From contig OX597829.1 of NCBI GenBank assembly GCA_951406725.2, forward strand, positions 19,158,001 through 19,222,000: a DNA stretch of 64,000 nucleotides. Reading direction: 5' to 3'. The stretch's first letter is position 1. Each line of letters opens with the position of its first letter. Shown here in pieces: positions 37,466 to 51,427 of the stretch. The notes under the pieces are model-generated. The model worked only from the letters and a program-made list of their open reading frames with translations, was not told the origin of the DNA and ran no database searches. Made by a program: the position numbers and the translations under genes. Source of the stretch: Octopus vulgaris. Taxonomy: Eukaryota.

Positions 37466-38632
37466 TAGCATTAAAGACCCGTCGTTGCCGGGTCATAGTG
37501 CTAGTGCATGTATATATGTGTATATATATGTGTACATATTACATGTACATCTGTATATATATACATCTACACATAAAATACAAAATACAAAGTTATATCT
37601 TGATATCGCTAGTGATAACAATACTCAAAATATATAACAGACTGGAATTGTTAGCCCGTCTCTTGTAATTTCGATCAATTGTATCTTGTCCTCCCTCTTG
37701 TATAGAAGTGTGGCTACAATCCAGCCTATCTCTACTTCTGGTGGGGATGACATTTTTAATTTTTTTCCGGGACGTCCTACGTCCCAGATATAAAGGTAAA
37801 AATAAAATATTTCCACTTTGCAAGTTCGAGTCAAGTACTCCTTTGCACTCGAACCTTGCTTCTATTGTGGCGAATTTACCGCCTCTGATTAGATACCTTT
37901 CATAGTCGCACCAAGACACTTTTCGAAGGTGCTTTCCTCCATGTGTTCAAATCTTCTTTTTTCTCTACATTGTATACTTTATAGACAATAGTCTTTTCTT
38001 TAATTTAATTTATTATTATCCATCTGGACTATTCCATTCCTGCATGCTAATTTTATTTTTAATTTATTCCCATTCATGTGAAACCACTTATTCAAGTTCA
38101 AGTAATTGATGCAATTTTATACCAATTGCTACTTTTACTTTTTTATGTTACGATTATATTATACTTTAGTTTGATTTTAATTATTACTTACTACATAGAA
38201 TTCAATTGTTATTATTATTTTTATTGTTAAAGTGAAAGTGTCTGACATAAAATAGAGAAACGTTTTTGTTTCACTTTTAACACGTAATACTGAAATAGTG
38301 GAAAAGATATGATATTGCTATGGGCTCGCTCTAAGCAAGTCGAACATTTTTTGCCCATGAAACTACATGGACCCTTAGTAAGGCATGTGTAAAATTTGAA
38401 TGGAATTGGTTGTGTAGTTCTCAAGTTTTTAGGGAATCGCAGTGGAGAAGATATGATATTGCTGTGGGCTTGCCCTAGGATAAGGGTTCAAAATTTCTTT
38501 TGCTGATGACACTCCTCGGACCCTAAGTAAGGCATGTGTAAATGAATGAAATTGGTTGTGTAGTTCTTAAGTTTTAGGGAAACACACAGACAGACAGACA
38601 CACACACATTCTCAGTTTTATATATATAAAGA
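37465..38632 (-). mobile_element. Non-autonomous Helitron-type element (1.17 kb)
   Basis: Minus strand A|TCTTTATATATATAAAAC ... hairpin gacccggcaacgacgggtc ... CTAG|T; internal ~130-bp tandem duplication near 38295-38580. Confidence 0.78.
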
Positions 38633-38727
38633 TATATATATACATGTATATATATATAAATGTATATGTATATATATGTATATATACATATATATAGATA
38701 TGTGTGTATATACATATATATATACAT

Positions 38728-38814
<87 letters not shown>

Positions 38815-38816
<2 letters not shown>

Positions 38817-39681
38817 GTGTGCAGTGAATAAACTGTCATTTCAATTATGCAAAACTGAAAATAACACTGACATCTCATTTTAACAGATATATTTACACCA
38901 AAATTACATAAAAATATCTTAAAATACTAAAGATTAAATTTATTCAATAAAATCGCCATTGGCTTCAACCAAAGCCTCCAGACAACTTCAGAATCTCCTG
39001 CAACTCTTCTGGACGGTCTTCTTGTTTAAGTTGGTGAATGCTACCATAATCCTTGCCTTCAGTTCATCTTTGGTGTTACAAGGAGTTTTGTTGGTCCCTC
39101 ACTCAATTGCGGCCCCACACATAATAATCAGGGGAGTTGCAGTCTGGGGAGTTAGGTGGCCAGATGTTGGGAGTGATGTGGTTGCAGAAATTGTTTTCAC
39201 AGCCATGACTGGGTTCTCTTGCTTGTGTGGTATGGTGCAGAGTCCTGTTGCCAGATATAGGGTCTTCCAGCAGTCACCCTCTTGACCCAGGGCAGCACTG
39301 TCTCCTCCAGGCACTTGATGTGGCCTTCGTGTTGAGTCTGAGGCCATGTGGAGATGAATCGAGGCATAATGTCGCCATCACTAGTGATGACTCCAAACAC
39401 TTTTGTAATCACCATTAGACTCATCCAACTCTTTCTGAATCCTCTGCACTATCCTAATATTCTCTCTGAAATGTTCATATTAGAGCTTCCAGTATGAATG
39501 CCAAGCAGTACATGTCATTACCAAATTTCTGGCAGAGTGAATTGCATTATGGTGCTGTTTTTCTCACAGATGGTGCCCAACTGACCCTACTATACTGTGT
39601 AGTCTACAAAATCAAAAACAAACAATGCGCATACATGAAATTAAAAATATACAATGTCAACAATTTACCCATTGCACCCTG
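38815..39681 (-). mobile_element. Internally deleted Tc1/mariner (maT/DD37D-like) transposon
   Basis: Imperfect TIRs CAGTGTGCAGTGAATAAA / CAGGGTGCAATGGGTAAA with TA TSDs; transposase remnants WQQDSAPYHTSKRTQSWL and WPPNSPDCNP. Confidence 0.85.
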
Positions 39682-40070
39682 TACATATATGTGATTATAA
39701 AGGAAAAGATTTTCTCCAATGCAGAGGCTTCACTTTGAAGTGCTCCAGATATTCAAACCTGAGGTGTTACAATAATGTAGAAGTAAGAATCAAATTTAGG
39801 TAAATTCAATTCACCTATACATTTACATTTATTCAGCCCAAGACCCAACATGCATGAATTTCTCTAAAAGTATATTCAATACATCAGACGTATTAAGAAT
39901 ATATAGAAAGGTACAGGGGTGGCTGTGTGGTAAGAAACTTACTTCCCAATCACATGGTTCCAGGTTCAGTCCCACTGCTTGGTACCTTGGGCAAGTGTCT
40001 TCTGTTATAGCCCCCAGGCTGACCAAAGCCTTGTGAGTGGATTTGGTCAATGGAAACTGAAAGATGCCTG

Positions 40071-40112
<42 letters not shown>

Positions 40113-40317
40113 TGTGTTTATTATGGTAGTTTTTACTTTAAGAGACCCTCCTAGTGTGAGGCATTTATGTATAGTAATTGCCTTTAATATGATATATTTA
40201 AAGGGAATAATTAATAAATTTTACCTTATGAGGTTTTTCACGCTAACTACTTGATAATTTCTTATAAAGATTTCATCCTATTTTAAAATTATATATATAT
40301 ATATGTGTGTGTGTGTG

Positions 40318-40355
<38 letters not shown>

Positions 40356-40440
40356 TATACATATATATAAATACACAAACACATAAATACACAACCATTG
40401 ATTTTCTTCCTCCGTCTTCCCTTCTTTTCAATTTTTCTCT

Positions 40441-40476
40441 GTTTCCGAAGAAGAGCGTCTGCTCAAAACATTATAC
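40441..40476 (+). ncRNA. Degenerate minimal hammerhead
   Basis: GUUU CCGAAGA A GAGC-GUCU-GCUC AAAA CA; homolog of the motifs at 15277 and 47183. Confidence 0.45.
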
Positions 40477-40814
40477 CATCTTTCTTTCCTTTCCTTAGCA
40501 TCTGCTAATACATCCTTGTGTTGTTGCTTTTTTGTGTTTGTTCTTTTTGGGATTTACTATACATAGATATTTATGTATGTATGTATGTATGTATTTGTGT
40601 GTCTGTGTTTGTCCCCCACCATCACTTGACAACCGATGATGGTGTGTTTATGACCCCGTAACTTAGCGGTTTGGCAAACGAGACTGATAGAATAAGTACC
40701 AGGTTTACAAAGACTAAGTCCTGGGGCCAATTAGTTCGACTAAAGATGGTGCTCCAGCACGGCCGCAGTCAAATGACTGAAACCAGTAAAAGAGATATAT
40801 AAAAAATATATAGA

Positions 40815-41243
40815 GTAATGGATACATTACAAATATACATATCAAAATATCAAAATATATAGATATCTACATTAAAAATATATTGAAAAAATAAATACAT
40901 ATACAGGTCAGCTTACAGATTATAAAACGAAGTCATAAAAAGAGTTAAGAGTCTTTAAAAACTGTTTGACTATTACTAATCCAGTTAATACTCCTGTGGC
41001 CATTTCTGGTGGTCCAGTTGTCTACTCATAAAAAATATATTTACATCCATTTTTGCACACCACCTCCTTCATCTAAAAAGTCTCACGTGTACTGCATTTT
41101 TCTAGACTCTTAACTCTTTTTATGACTTCATTTTATAATCTGTCAGTCGACCGATATATGTATTTATTTTCTCAATATCTTTTTAATGTATATATCTATT
41201 CATTTATATGTTTTTATATGTATATTTGTAATGTATTGATTAC
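40815..41243. repeat. ~140-bp inverted repeat pair (40815-40954 / 41104-41243), Penelope-like
   Basis: agtcataaaaagagttaagagtct / agactcttaactctttttatgact. Confidence 0.75.
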
Positions 41244-42473
41244 CATCATCATCAAAATCGTTTAACGTTCGCTTTCCATGCTGCCATGAATTGGACGGTT
41301 TGACTGAGGACTGGCAGGCCAGTAGGCTGCACCAGGCTCCAATCTGATCTGGGAAGGTTTCTACAGCTGGATGCCCTTCCTATCACCCACTACCCTGGGA
41401 GTGTAGTGGGTGCTTTTTATGTGCCACTGGTATGGGAGCCAGTCAGGTGGCACTGGCATCGACCATGCTTGAATGGTGCTTTTTATGTGCCACCCGCAAT
41501 GGTATCAACTATGCTCGAATGGCGCTCTTTACATACCACCGGCACCGGGTGCCAGTCAAGCAGTACTGGCATCGGTCACAAAAACGATTTCACTTGATTT
41601 AACAAGTCTTCTGAAGCACAGCATATTGCCTAACAATTGAAGGATACTCTAAAATCGGCCAGTTATGTGACACTGGCATAGGCCACAGCTACAATCTCAC
41701 TTGGCTTGCTGGGTCTTCTCAAGCACAGCTTTTCTCCAAAGGTCTCAATGTTCGAAGGTCATGCTTCACCACCTCATCCTAGGTCTTCCTGGATCTACCT
41801 CTTCCACTGGTTTTCTCTACTGTTAGAGTGTGACACTTCTTCATACAGCTGTCCTCAACCATACGTAACACATGACCATACCAGCACAGTCATCTCTCTT
41901 GCACACCACAATTGATGCTTCTTATGTCCAGCTTTTCTCTCAGGGTGCTTACACTCTGTTGAATATGCACACTGACATTACACATCCAGTAGAGCATACC
42001 AACTTCATTTCTTTCAAGCCTACACAAGTAGTCAGCAGTCACAGCCCATGTTTCACTACCATGTAGCATGGCTGTTTGCACACATGAGTCATACAGTCTA
42101 CCTTTCACTCTGAGAAGTCCTTTCTTACTAGCAGAGGTAGGAGCTCTCTGAACTTTGCCCAGGTCCTCTGAACTTTGCCCAGCTACACTCTCAGAGCATC
42201 CACCCCCGCTACTGACTTGATCACCCAGGTAACAGAAGCTACCAACTACTAGTTTTTTTTCCCCTGGCATGTGATGGAAGCTGTTTTCTGCACATTTTCA
42301 GTGCTTATTGCCTCCTGTGCATCTGCCTTACACAAAAACTATCTTTCCAGTTAACCTTCCTTTGATATTGCTGCACCTCTTATATGTCCATAGCTTACAC
42401 TGGGTACATCTCATGGAGTTTCTACCTACACCTTTTCTACAGATTGAGCAGGAGCATCTATCTGAAGGGATTT
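41243..42473 (-). mobile_element. RTE LINE, degraded 3' 1.2 kb
   Basis: CSICRKGVGRNS, FCYLGDQVSSGGGCSES, RVKGRLYDSCVQTAMLHGSETW, REKLDIRSINCGVQER; then 3' UTR. Confidence 0.9.
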
Positions 42474-43084
42474 TGTCAATCAAAATATCCCATGGCACCA
42501 GAACATCCAGACATTATTCGCATAGAACAGTGAGAGGTAAGTCTTAGTTTTATATTTTGCAACCCTTAAGATTCCGCTAGCGCATCCACAGCAAACAAGG
42601 CACAGGGCCAGACTTTAGATTGTGTAAGTGTATTTTTACCCAATCCAATGTTTACACATGGCCATACAAAGAAGTTTTGTAATCATATTGATATCACTAA
42701 AAGGAATATGATTCATAATTTAAATAAGGAAATTTGTGAACTTTGAATGTCTAAGAGTATAAACAAGCGTAAAATAGTGTAAACAACTAAAATAAATGTA
42801 TATCTAAATAACATTTTTTTCTTATGTTATTATGTTATAGTGGTCGAAGGAAGGTCTGGCTTTCTTTAGGAGTGGTCCACATAACCATTGACAATACAGA
42901 GGCTGGGAGCCTATTTCAGCTATGTTATATGTTACTTAGTTGGGAGCTGCATTATCATATGTCACTTAGTTGCAAACACATGTCATATAACTGCAATAGA
43001 ACGCTGTATCACCAACAATAATGTGACTTCTCCAAGACATCACCCAGTAATCTATCAAGTCCATTTACACATTTCTCAATACAT

Positions 43085-43416
43085 TAAAAAAAAAAGACTC
43101 CGCCGGTTACGACGACGAGGGTCCCAGCTGATACGATCAACGGAACAGCTTGCTCGTGAAATTAACGTGCAAATGGCTGAGCATTCCACAGACACGTGTA
43201 CCCTTAACGTAGTTCTCGGGGATAATCAGCGTGACACAGAGAGTGACAAGGCTGACCCTTTGAAATACAAGTACAACTCATTTTTGCCAGCTGAGTGGAC
43301 TGGAGCAACGTGAAATAAAGTGTCTTGCTCAAGGACACAACGCGTCGCCGGGAATCGAACTCACAACCTTACGATCATGAGCCGAATGCCCTAACCACTA
43401 AGCCACGCGCCCTCAC
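43085..43416 (-). mobile_element. SINE family B, young full-length copy with 11-bp TSD
   Basis: A-box tggcttagtgg, B-box gagttcgattc, CpGs intact, ends in T10; TSD tctcaatacat at 43074-84 and 43417-27. Confidence 0.92.
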
Positions 43417-44424
43417 TCTCAATACATACAGTTGTTATGAATTTCCTCAATCATTTTATGCCTCCATCGTAGATGGGTAGATTTGTCAGTATATATAATA
43501 CATATATAAATGTTTATACATATATATATATATATATACACAGGGATTGGACAAAATAATGGAAACACCTTAAAATTTCTGTTCAGCATGTAACATCATC
43601 TGATAGGCGGGTTGGTCATGTGACATGATCACATTATATATATGTATGAGTAACAACAATGTTATTTATATTCTGTTCACCTAACTTGCAATCTGCACTT
43701 CAGAAATACTATAGAAAGTATCTATACATAAAAAGAACAGGCACAGGAGTAGCTGCATGGTAAATAGCTTGGTTACCAACCACATGGTTCCGGGTTCAGT
43801 CCCACTGTGTGGCACCTTGGACAAAGTGTCTTCTACTATAACCTCGGGCTGACCAAAGCCTTGTGAGTGGATTTGGTAGACGGAAACTGAAAGAAGCCGT
43901 CATATATGTGTGTGTGTTTGTATGTGTGTGTGCGTGTTTGTTTGTGTGTGTGTGTACATGTGTGTGCACATGCGTATGTGAATGTCCATGAATGTCTGCA
44001 TGTGTGTGCGAATGTGCATAAGTATGTCTGCATGTGTGTGTATGTGTGTATGTGCATGAATGTGTGTGTGAATGTGCATAAATGTGTCTGCATGTGTGTG
44101 TATGTGTGTGTGTGTGCACATGTATGAGCATGAATATGTTTGCATGTATGTGTGTGTGTATGCATATGTGCGTGCATGAATGTGTGTGTGAATGTGCATG
44201 TATGTCTGCATGTGTGTATGTGTGTGTGCTTTGACTGACAGGGGTTGAGGGGACAGGTGTAAAGAGTCTGACCTTTCCTTGCTCATTTTCTTTCTTTCTT
44301 TCTTTCTTTCTTTTTTCCCCATACCCTTTTTTCCTGTATATTCTTTCCAAATTGTTTCCTTATTGTTCTCTTCTTTTTTTTTTTTTGTCATTCAGTTTTT
44401 CTTGTTGGCTTCCTCTGTGATTTC

Positions 44425-45090
44425 ACCATCATCATCAGCACCACCACCACCACAACCACCACCATCACCACTGCTACAGCCGCTATTACCACCATCACTG
44501 CCACAACCTCACCTCCACCACAATCAACACCACCACCATCACCACCTTCACCACTGTCACTACCACCATCATCACCACCACCTCCACCACTGTCACCACC
44601 ACCACCACCACCTCAACCACTGTCACCACCACCACCACCATTACCACCACCTCCACCACTGTCACTACCACCATCATCACCACCATCACCACCTCCACCA
44701 CTGTCACCACCACCACCACCACCAACACTACCACCACAACGAACACCACCACCTCCATCACTGTCACCACAATCACCATGTCCACCACCACCATTACCAC
44801 CACCTCCACCACTGTCACCACCACCACCACCACTACCACCACAACGAACACCACCACCTCCATCACCGTCACCACCACCACAATCACCATGTCCACCACC
44901 ACCATTACCACCACCTCCACCACTGTCACCACCACCACCACCACCACCTCCACCACTGTCACCACCACCACAATCACCATGTCCACCACCACCATTACCA
45001 CCACCTCCACCACTACCACTATCACCACTACCACCATTACCACCAACACCACCACCAACAACACCACCACCACCACCACCACCACCACTG
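44425..45090. repeat. (ACC)-based cryptic repeat with higher-order units
   Basis: Repeated cacctccaccactgtcaccaccacc blocks; poly-H/T/V pseudo-ORFs. Confidence 0.93.
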
Positions 45091-46051
45091 CTTGCACTGT
45101 TACCACCTCTCTTTCCTCAGTAGCTTCTTTCTTCCTTACACTCTTTTCCTGTAATTTCATCATTGTCTGTTGTCATCGCAGTTGTTGGTGTCGAATATCT
45201 TCCACCACCACCCCACGAACCCCTCCTACCTCCCCCGACCACAGTTCTCTGATTAGGTTATGTTTTAGCTTCCTTCATTTTACCACCACCCCCTCTCTCT
45301 TTTATTTTTCCTTTTCCTTTTTCTTTTACCATTTTTGTTTCTTTTCTTTTTATTCTATGTTTAATGTATGTATTTATCTATTCACTACAACCAACATGAA
45401 CCTACAGCTATCCCTAAAAACCAGATCAAATATGCACACACAGGCATATGTGTGTGTGTGTGGTCACGCATAAGTGTAAGTGTGAGTGCATGCGTGCATG
45501 TGTATGAGTGTGTGTGTGTGTGTGTGTGCTTCCGTGTATGTGTGTGCCTGTGTGCGCGTGTTTGTGTGTACCTGACCATGCATGTGTGTGTATGTGTGCT
45601 TGTGTATACGTGTGAGCATGTATGTGTGTGCGTGTGAAAGTGTGTATGGGGGAAAGTGTGTATGCATGTGTGAAAGAGTGTGTGTGTGTGTGTGTGTGTG
45701 AGTACTTGTGTGCATGCGTGTGTGTGTGTATGTACCTGAGTGTGTGTGCGTGTATCTGTGTGTATGTATTTTTTTTGTTATATATGTACGCGTATGACTG
45801 TTAGTGTGTGAGTGTAGCATTTTTAATTGGTTGATGAGTAATGGTGATGGTTATGAATGAAGGCTTCCTTGTGAGTTCTGACTTTACCGTTTCTGGTTCC
45901 ATTGTAGAGATGCAAATGTTAATTCCGAAACAACTTGGGTTCAAATACATGTTTTATTCATGGTAATAATTATTTTTGAATGCAACAGAAAATTCTTACA
46001 AGTTATTCCAATGATTTTCAACAGACTTCAGTAACTATATATATATATATT

Positions 46052-46098
<47 letters not shown>

Positions 46099-46177
46099 GA
46101 ATATATATATGTATATATGTGTTTGTGTGTGTGTATATATATATATATATATTTTTATGTATATATGTGTGTGTGTA

Positions 46178-46210
<33 letters not shown>

Positions 46211-46291
46211 GTTTATATGTATGCATATATCTATGTATGTATTTATATATCTATACATGTATATATATGTATATATATAAGTATGTATATG

Positions 46292-46324
<33 letters not shown>

Positions 46325-46443
46325 CTATATATATATGTATGTATGTATATATATGTATATGTATATATATATATGTGTGTGTATATATATATGTATATAT
46401 ATGTATGTATGTATATATGTGCATGTATATATATGTATGTATG

Positions 46444-46494
<51 letters not shown>

Positions 46495-46675
46495 ATGCAT
46501 ATATATGTATGTATCATCATCATTATCATCATCATCGTTTAATGTCCGTTTTCCGTGCTAGCACGGGTTGGATGGTTCGACCGGGATCTGTGAAGCCGGG
46601 GCTGCACCAGGCTCCAGTCTGATCTAGCAGAGTTTCTACAGCTGGATGCCCTTCCTAATGCCAACCATTCCGCGA

Positions 46676-46725
<50 letters not shown>

Positions 46726-46804
46726 ATGTGTGTGTGTGAAACACACCAGCATCACATCTCAAGTGATGTTGGGGGTAGGACAAACACAGACACACAAACA
46801 CACA

Positions 46805-46870
<66 letters not shown>

Positions 46871-47182
46871 ATATATATATATACATATATACAATGTATA
46901 TGTGTGTGTGTGTAAACACACCAGCATCACATCTCACAATGCCTCGGTTGGCCTGAAGCTATAGTAGAAGACACCTGTCTAAGGTGCCACGCAGTGGGAC
47001 TGAACCCAGAACCATGTGGTTGGTGAGCAAGCCACTCATACACACACACACACATATTCTTTTATTCTTTTATTTGTTTCAGTCATATGACTGCAACCTT
47101 GAAGGGTTTCAGGTGAACCCAGGTGTTAGATCGTTAGCTCCTACACACATTTTTTTTCTCTCCTTGTTTTTTTTCTGTGTAT

Positions 47183-47218
47183 TTTTCTGTCGAAGAGCAT
47201 AGGCTCGAAACGTAAAAG
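47183..47218 (+). ncRNA. Minimal hammerhead (A6U variant) in a Penelope-like fragment (47140-47320)
   Basis: UUUU CUGUCGA A GAGC-AUAG-GCUC GAAA CG UA/AAAG; palindromic ACGU stem III. Confidence 0.55.
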
Positions 47219-47352
47219 ACCTGTTTTATTTCTATTCCTGAGCGCCATACTAATACATTTGTTTGTTTGTACTCCACCTACCTTCGTCTTTTGTTTATTT
47301 TCGTAAACCTTCCCGTTTATATATATATACTTACCGCACAGCCACTCCTGCA

Positions 47353-47387
<35 letters not shown>

Positions 47388-47396
47388 TCTCTCTCT

Positions 47397-47698
47397 TTAC
47401 TCTTTACTCTTTTACTTGTTTCAGTCATTTGACTGCGGCCATGCTGGAGCACCACCTTTAGTCGAGCAAATCGACCCCGGGACTTATTCTTTTGTAAGCC
47501 CAGTACTTATTCTATCGGTCTCTTTTGCCGAACCGCTAAGTTACGGGAACGTAAACACACCAGCATCGGTTGTCAAGCAATGCTAGGGGGACAAACGCAG
47601 ACACACAAACATATACACACACACATATATATATATATATATACATATATACGACAGGCTTCTTTCAGTTTCCGTCTACCAAATCCACTCATATATAT

Positions 47699-47747
<49 letters not shown>

Positions 47748-48210
47748 TATATAGGTGCAGGAGTGGCTGTGCGGTAAGTAGTTTGCTTACCAACCACATG
47801 GTTCTGAGTTCAGTTCCACTGCCTGGCACTTTGTGCAAGTGTCTACTACTATAGCCTAGGGCCGATCAAAGCATTGTGAGTGGACTTGGTAAATGGAAAC
47901 CGAAAGAAGTCTGTTGTATATATATGTGTGTGTGTGTCTGTGTTTGTCCCCCCAACATGGCTTGACAACTGATACTGGTGTGGTCACGCATATGTGTAAG
48001 TGTGAGTGCATGCGTGCATGTGAATGAGTGTGTGTGTGTGTGTGCTTCCGTGTATATATATATATATATCCCCGTAACTTAGCAGTAACTTAGCAAAAGG
48101 AGTGGTGTGTGGTAAGTAGCTTGCTTACCAACCACATGGTTCCAGGTTGAGTCCTACGGCATAGCACCTGGGGTAAGTGTCTTCTACTATAGCCTCGGGC
48201 CAATCAAAAC
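47397..48210. mobile_element. Cluster of SINE A copies in opposite orientations (47397-47690 -, 47753-47990 +, 48099-48210 +)
   Basis: Family head, body and tail motifs. Confidence 0.85.
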
Positions 48211-48402
48211 TATTTTGATTTTATAGTATGTCATTCTATCAAATGCCAAATAAAAAGAAAAAATGAGCAACTGTTATTCATTTCATCATGGAATTTTTAA
48301 TGCAATCTATAATATGTCATCAATGAGTCTTCATTTTTGCAAAAAAAGAAAGAAAGAAAGAAAGGAAGGAAGGAAGAGAAAGAAGGAAGGAAGGAAGAGA
48401 AA

Positions 48403-48455
<53 letters not shown>

Positions 48456-49234
48456 ACAAATGCTCTGTGGATACTTTTATGTTTTGAACATCAAATTTTC
48501 AGAATCTGAAAGAAATTGTGTTGTGTTTTTCAATCCCTTTTCTTAAAACAATATGAAATGTATTTTCCTTTAAATACAAAAAAAACCCACGAAAAACAAT
48601 AATAAGTGCATTGTTATGTTAATTACATGGATATAGAACAAAAATATCATGTAATAGCTGTATTATTTTTGATAATGAATGTAACGGGTATTCAAAGATA
48701 GCATTAGTATTGTCATAGTTTACACTTTCTGAAAATTTAGAATTCTGCTGTTTCGATTTATTAAGGATGAAAACGCAATTACAAATGCAAACAAAATGTA
48801 TTAATATTTATTACACTGCAAAGACAAATAAAATATATTTATATACGCACACACTAGAAATCTCCTTTTTATATTCATAAATGCATATATATTAAAGAAT
48901 GGTGAAAAAGCAAAAAAGAGGAAAAAAAAGAAAGTAGCAATGAATCCCTTAACTTTGAATCTGTTTGAATCTGATTGAAATGAATAAAAAGTAAAACAGA
49001 TAAATAAATATGAAAAAATTGAAGATTCTGATTGTCTCATGTTTAACATAGAGTTTTTACCGAAAACCATTTGTCAAAGAATAAAAAAAGAAAGGTAAAT
49101 AAAAAAAAAAAACTTGATGCAAAATTTAGAATGGGGTGTTTCAAAAACTTCATGGTTAAAACTAATAAATACTAAATTAGCTGATATGCAAATTTAAACA
49201 CATGAAATGAAATACGTTAATATAATTCTCCATA

Positions 49235-50075
49235 CTGTGTGGCACCTTGGGCTTGGGCAAGTGTCTTCTACTATAGCTTTGGGCCAACCTGAGTTAGGTG
49301 AGTGGATTTGATAGACAGAAACTGAAAGAAGCCTGTCATATATATGTGTGTGCGCATATGCGTTTCTTTCCCAATCCCATGGTTCTGGGTTCAGTCCCAC
49401 TGCATGGCACCTTGGGCAAGTGTCGTCTACTATAATCTTGGGCCAATCAGAGCCTTGTGGATAAATTTGGTAGATGGAAATTGAAAAAAACCCACTAAGC
49501 TTGCTTCCCAACCACATGGATCTGGGTTCATTCCCTCTGCGTGGCACCTTGGGCAAGTGTCTTCTACTATAGCCTTGGGCCGATCAAAGCCTTGTGAGTG
49601 GACTTGGTAGACGGAAACTGAAATAAGCCCGTCGTATATATGTATGTGTGCGTGTGCGCACATGTGTGAGTGTGTGTGTAGGTTTGTCCAACCCCCACTG
49701 CCCCTTGACAACTGATGTTGGTGTGTTTACATCCGAACTTAGCAGTTCAGATACAATAAGTACTAGGTTACAAAGAATGAGTCCTGGGTTCGAATTGTTC
49801 AACTAAAGGCGGTATTCCAGTATGGCCGCAGTTAAATGACTGAAACAAGTAAAAGATTAAAAAAGAATGTGTGTGTGTGTGTGTGTGTGTTTCCCCCTCC
49901 CCCCTTTGCTTGACACCAGATGTTAGTGCGTTTACATCTCTGGAAAAAGAAACCAAAAGAATTAAGTACTAGGTTTACAAAGAATAAGTCCTGGGGTCAA
50001 TTTCTTCTACTAAAATTCTTTTGCATGGTGCTCCAGCATGGCCACATTCAAATGACTGAAACAAGTGAAAGAATA
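49235..50075 (+). mobile_element. Tandem array of SINE A fragments (three heads, two tails)
   Basis: ggcaccttgggcaagtgtc repeated at about 49240, 49406 and 49543. Confidence 0.85.
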
Positions 50076-50478
50076 ATAGGATATCCCAAGAGTAATGGTT
50101 TCAAGTTTTAGAGCAAAGCCAGCAATTTTAGGGGAGGGAATGAGTCAATAACATTGACTCCAGTGCATAACTGGTACTTATTTTATCACCTCTGAAAGGA
50201 TGAAAAGCAAAGTCGACCTCAGTGGAATTTGAACTCAGAACATAAAGATGGATGAAATGCTACTTAGTAACATTTTGTATGGCTTGCTAAAGATACTTTC
50301 AGTTCATCACCTTATGTATCTCCTGAAAATCGCTTTCAAATTTCGGCACAAGGCCAGCAATTTTGGGGGCGGGGTGGGGGAGGCAAGTCAGATACATCGA
50401 CCCCAGTCCTTGATGGAGAAAAATGCTGAAAACATTTTGCCTGGCTTCTTAAAGATTCTTTTCTACTCTAGGCACAAG

Positions 50479-50530
<52 letters not shown>

Positions 50531-50531
<1 letters not shown>

Positions 50532-51047
50532 TAGCAGTATCGCCCGGCGTTGCTCGGGTTTGTAAGGGAAATAACTATATAAGCATTTTTAGAGAGTTAC
50601 TTCCTTTATAGATGCCAATTCGGGCTTTCTTAGCCATTTCTGTTTTGGTGTCTTCAAGCCATGAAGTCATTGTTCTAAAAGAACGCTGGTCTCCTTGACA
50701 ACGCTTTACGACGTTGATTTCCTTAAACTCCCTTCCCCACAGCTTCACGAGGGAGGGAAGAAGGGGGAGAAGCAACACAGGTGCAGGTGTGAGTGTGGAC
50801 GCCAACTCCGCCGCCATCGATACACGAAAAATTATGCATTAAAATGGAATAAAAAATGATGTTAAATTATTTTTAAAATCGTAGACTCATCGTAGACGCG
50901 CGCTAATAGCCAGACGGGCTCGATATTAATCATGACTATAAGATACCCGAATTTGGTTAAACTGCACCGCAAAATGTGGGAGGAGTTAGGAATCTAAATC
51001 GTAGGAGACAGACACTCACACAACTACAGTTTTATATATATATATAT
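50531..51047 (-). mobile_element. Non-autonomous Helitron-type element (copy of 35693-36224)
   Basis: A|CTAGcagtatcgcccggcgttgctcggg on +; near-identical body. Confidence 0.82.
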
Positions 51048-51169
51048 GTATACAAAGTATAAAAATAATATTTTTAAAATATACTGTGCTATACTGTTTC
51101 TACTTCATGGATTTTCACCCATCACGTGGGGTTTCGGAACATAATACCCACGATAGTCGTGGGATTGCA

Positions 51170-51211
<42 letters not shown>

Positions 51212-51218
51212 AGATGTA

Positions 51219-51427
51219 TAGTAATCCCTTGCCTTATTGCAGTTTATTATTTAATCTTATGTCAATATCTCTGTGGTGTTGTTTTGTATTGATAATAAAA
51301 TAGAAATATGCAAATTATAGAAATAATTTTTTAAAATATACATTACAGTACTGTTTCTACTTTGTAGATATCCACCTATCATGGCAGGTTTTGTAACATA
51401 AGACCTGCGATAATCCAGGGATTACTG
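51219..51427. mobile_element. Tigger/pogo-type MITE; partial second copy at 51060-51172
   Basis: TA|(T)AGTAATCCCT ... AGGGATTACTG|TA. Confidence 0.7.

Noticed and set aside
42480-42940. GTAAGT donor at 42537 and TAG acceptor at 42840 suggesting two exons
   Set aside because: Joined frames close quickly or give no recognisable protein; the upstream part abuts an RTE remnant.
43340-43416. tRNA-like sequence with A/B boxes
   Set aside because: It is the head of a SINE with a body and TSD; the acceptor stem is not intact.
44279-45473. Mucin-like Thr-rich and His/Cys-rich ORFs
   Set aside because: (ACC)n cryptic repeat open in multiple frames, with no signal peptide or splice context.
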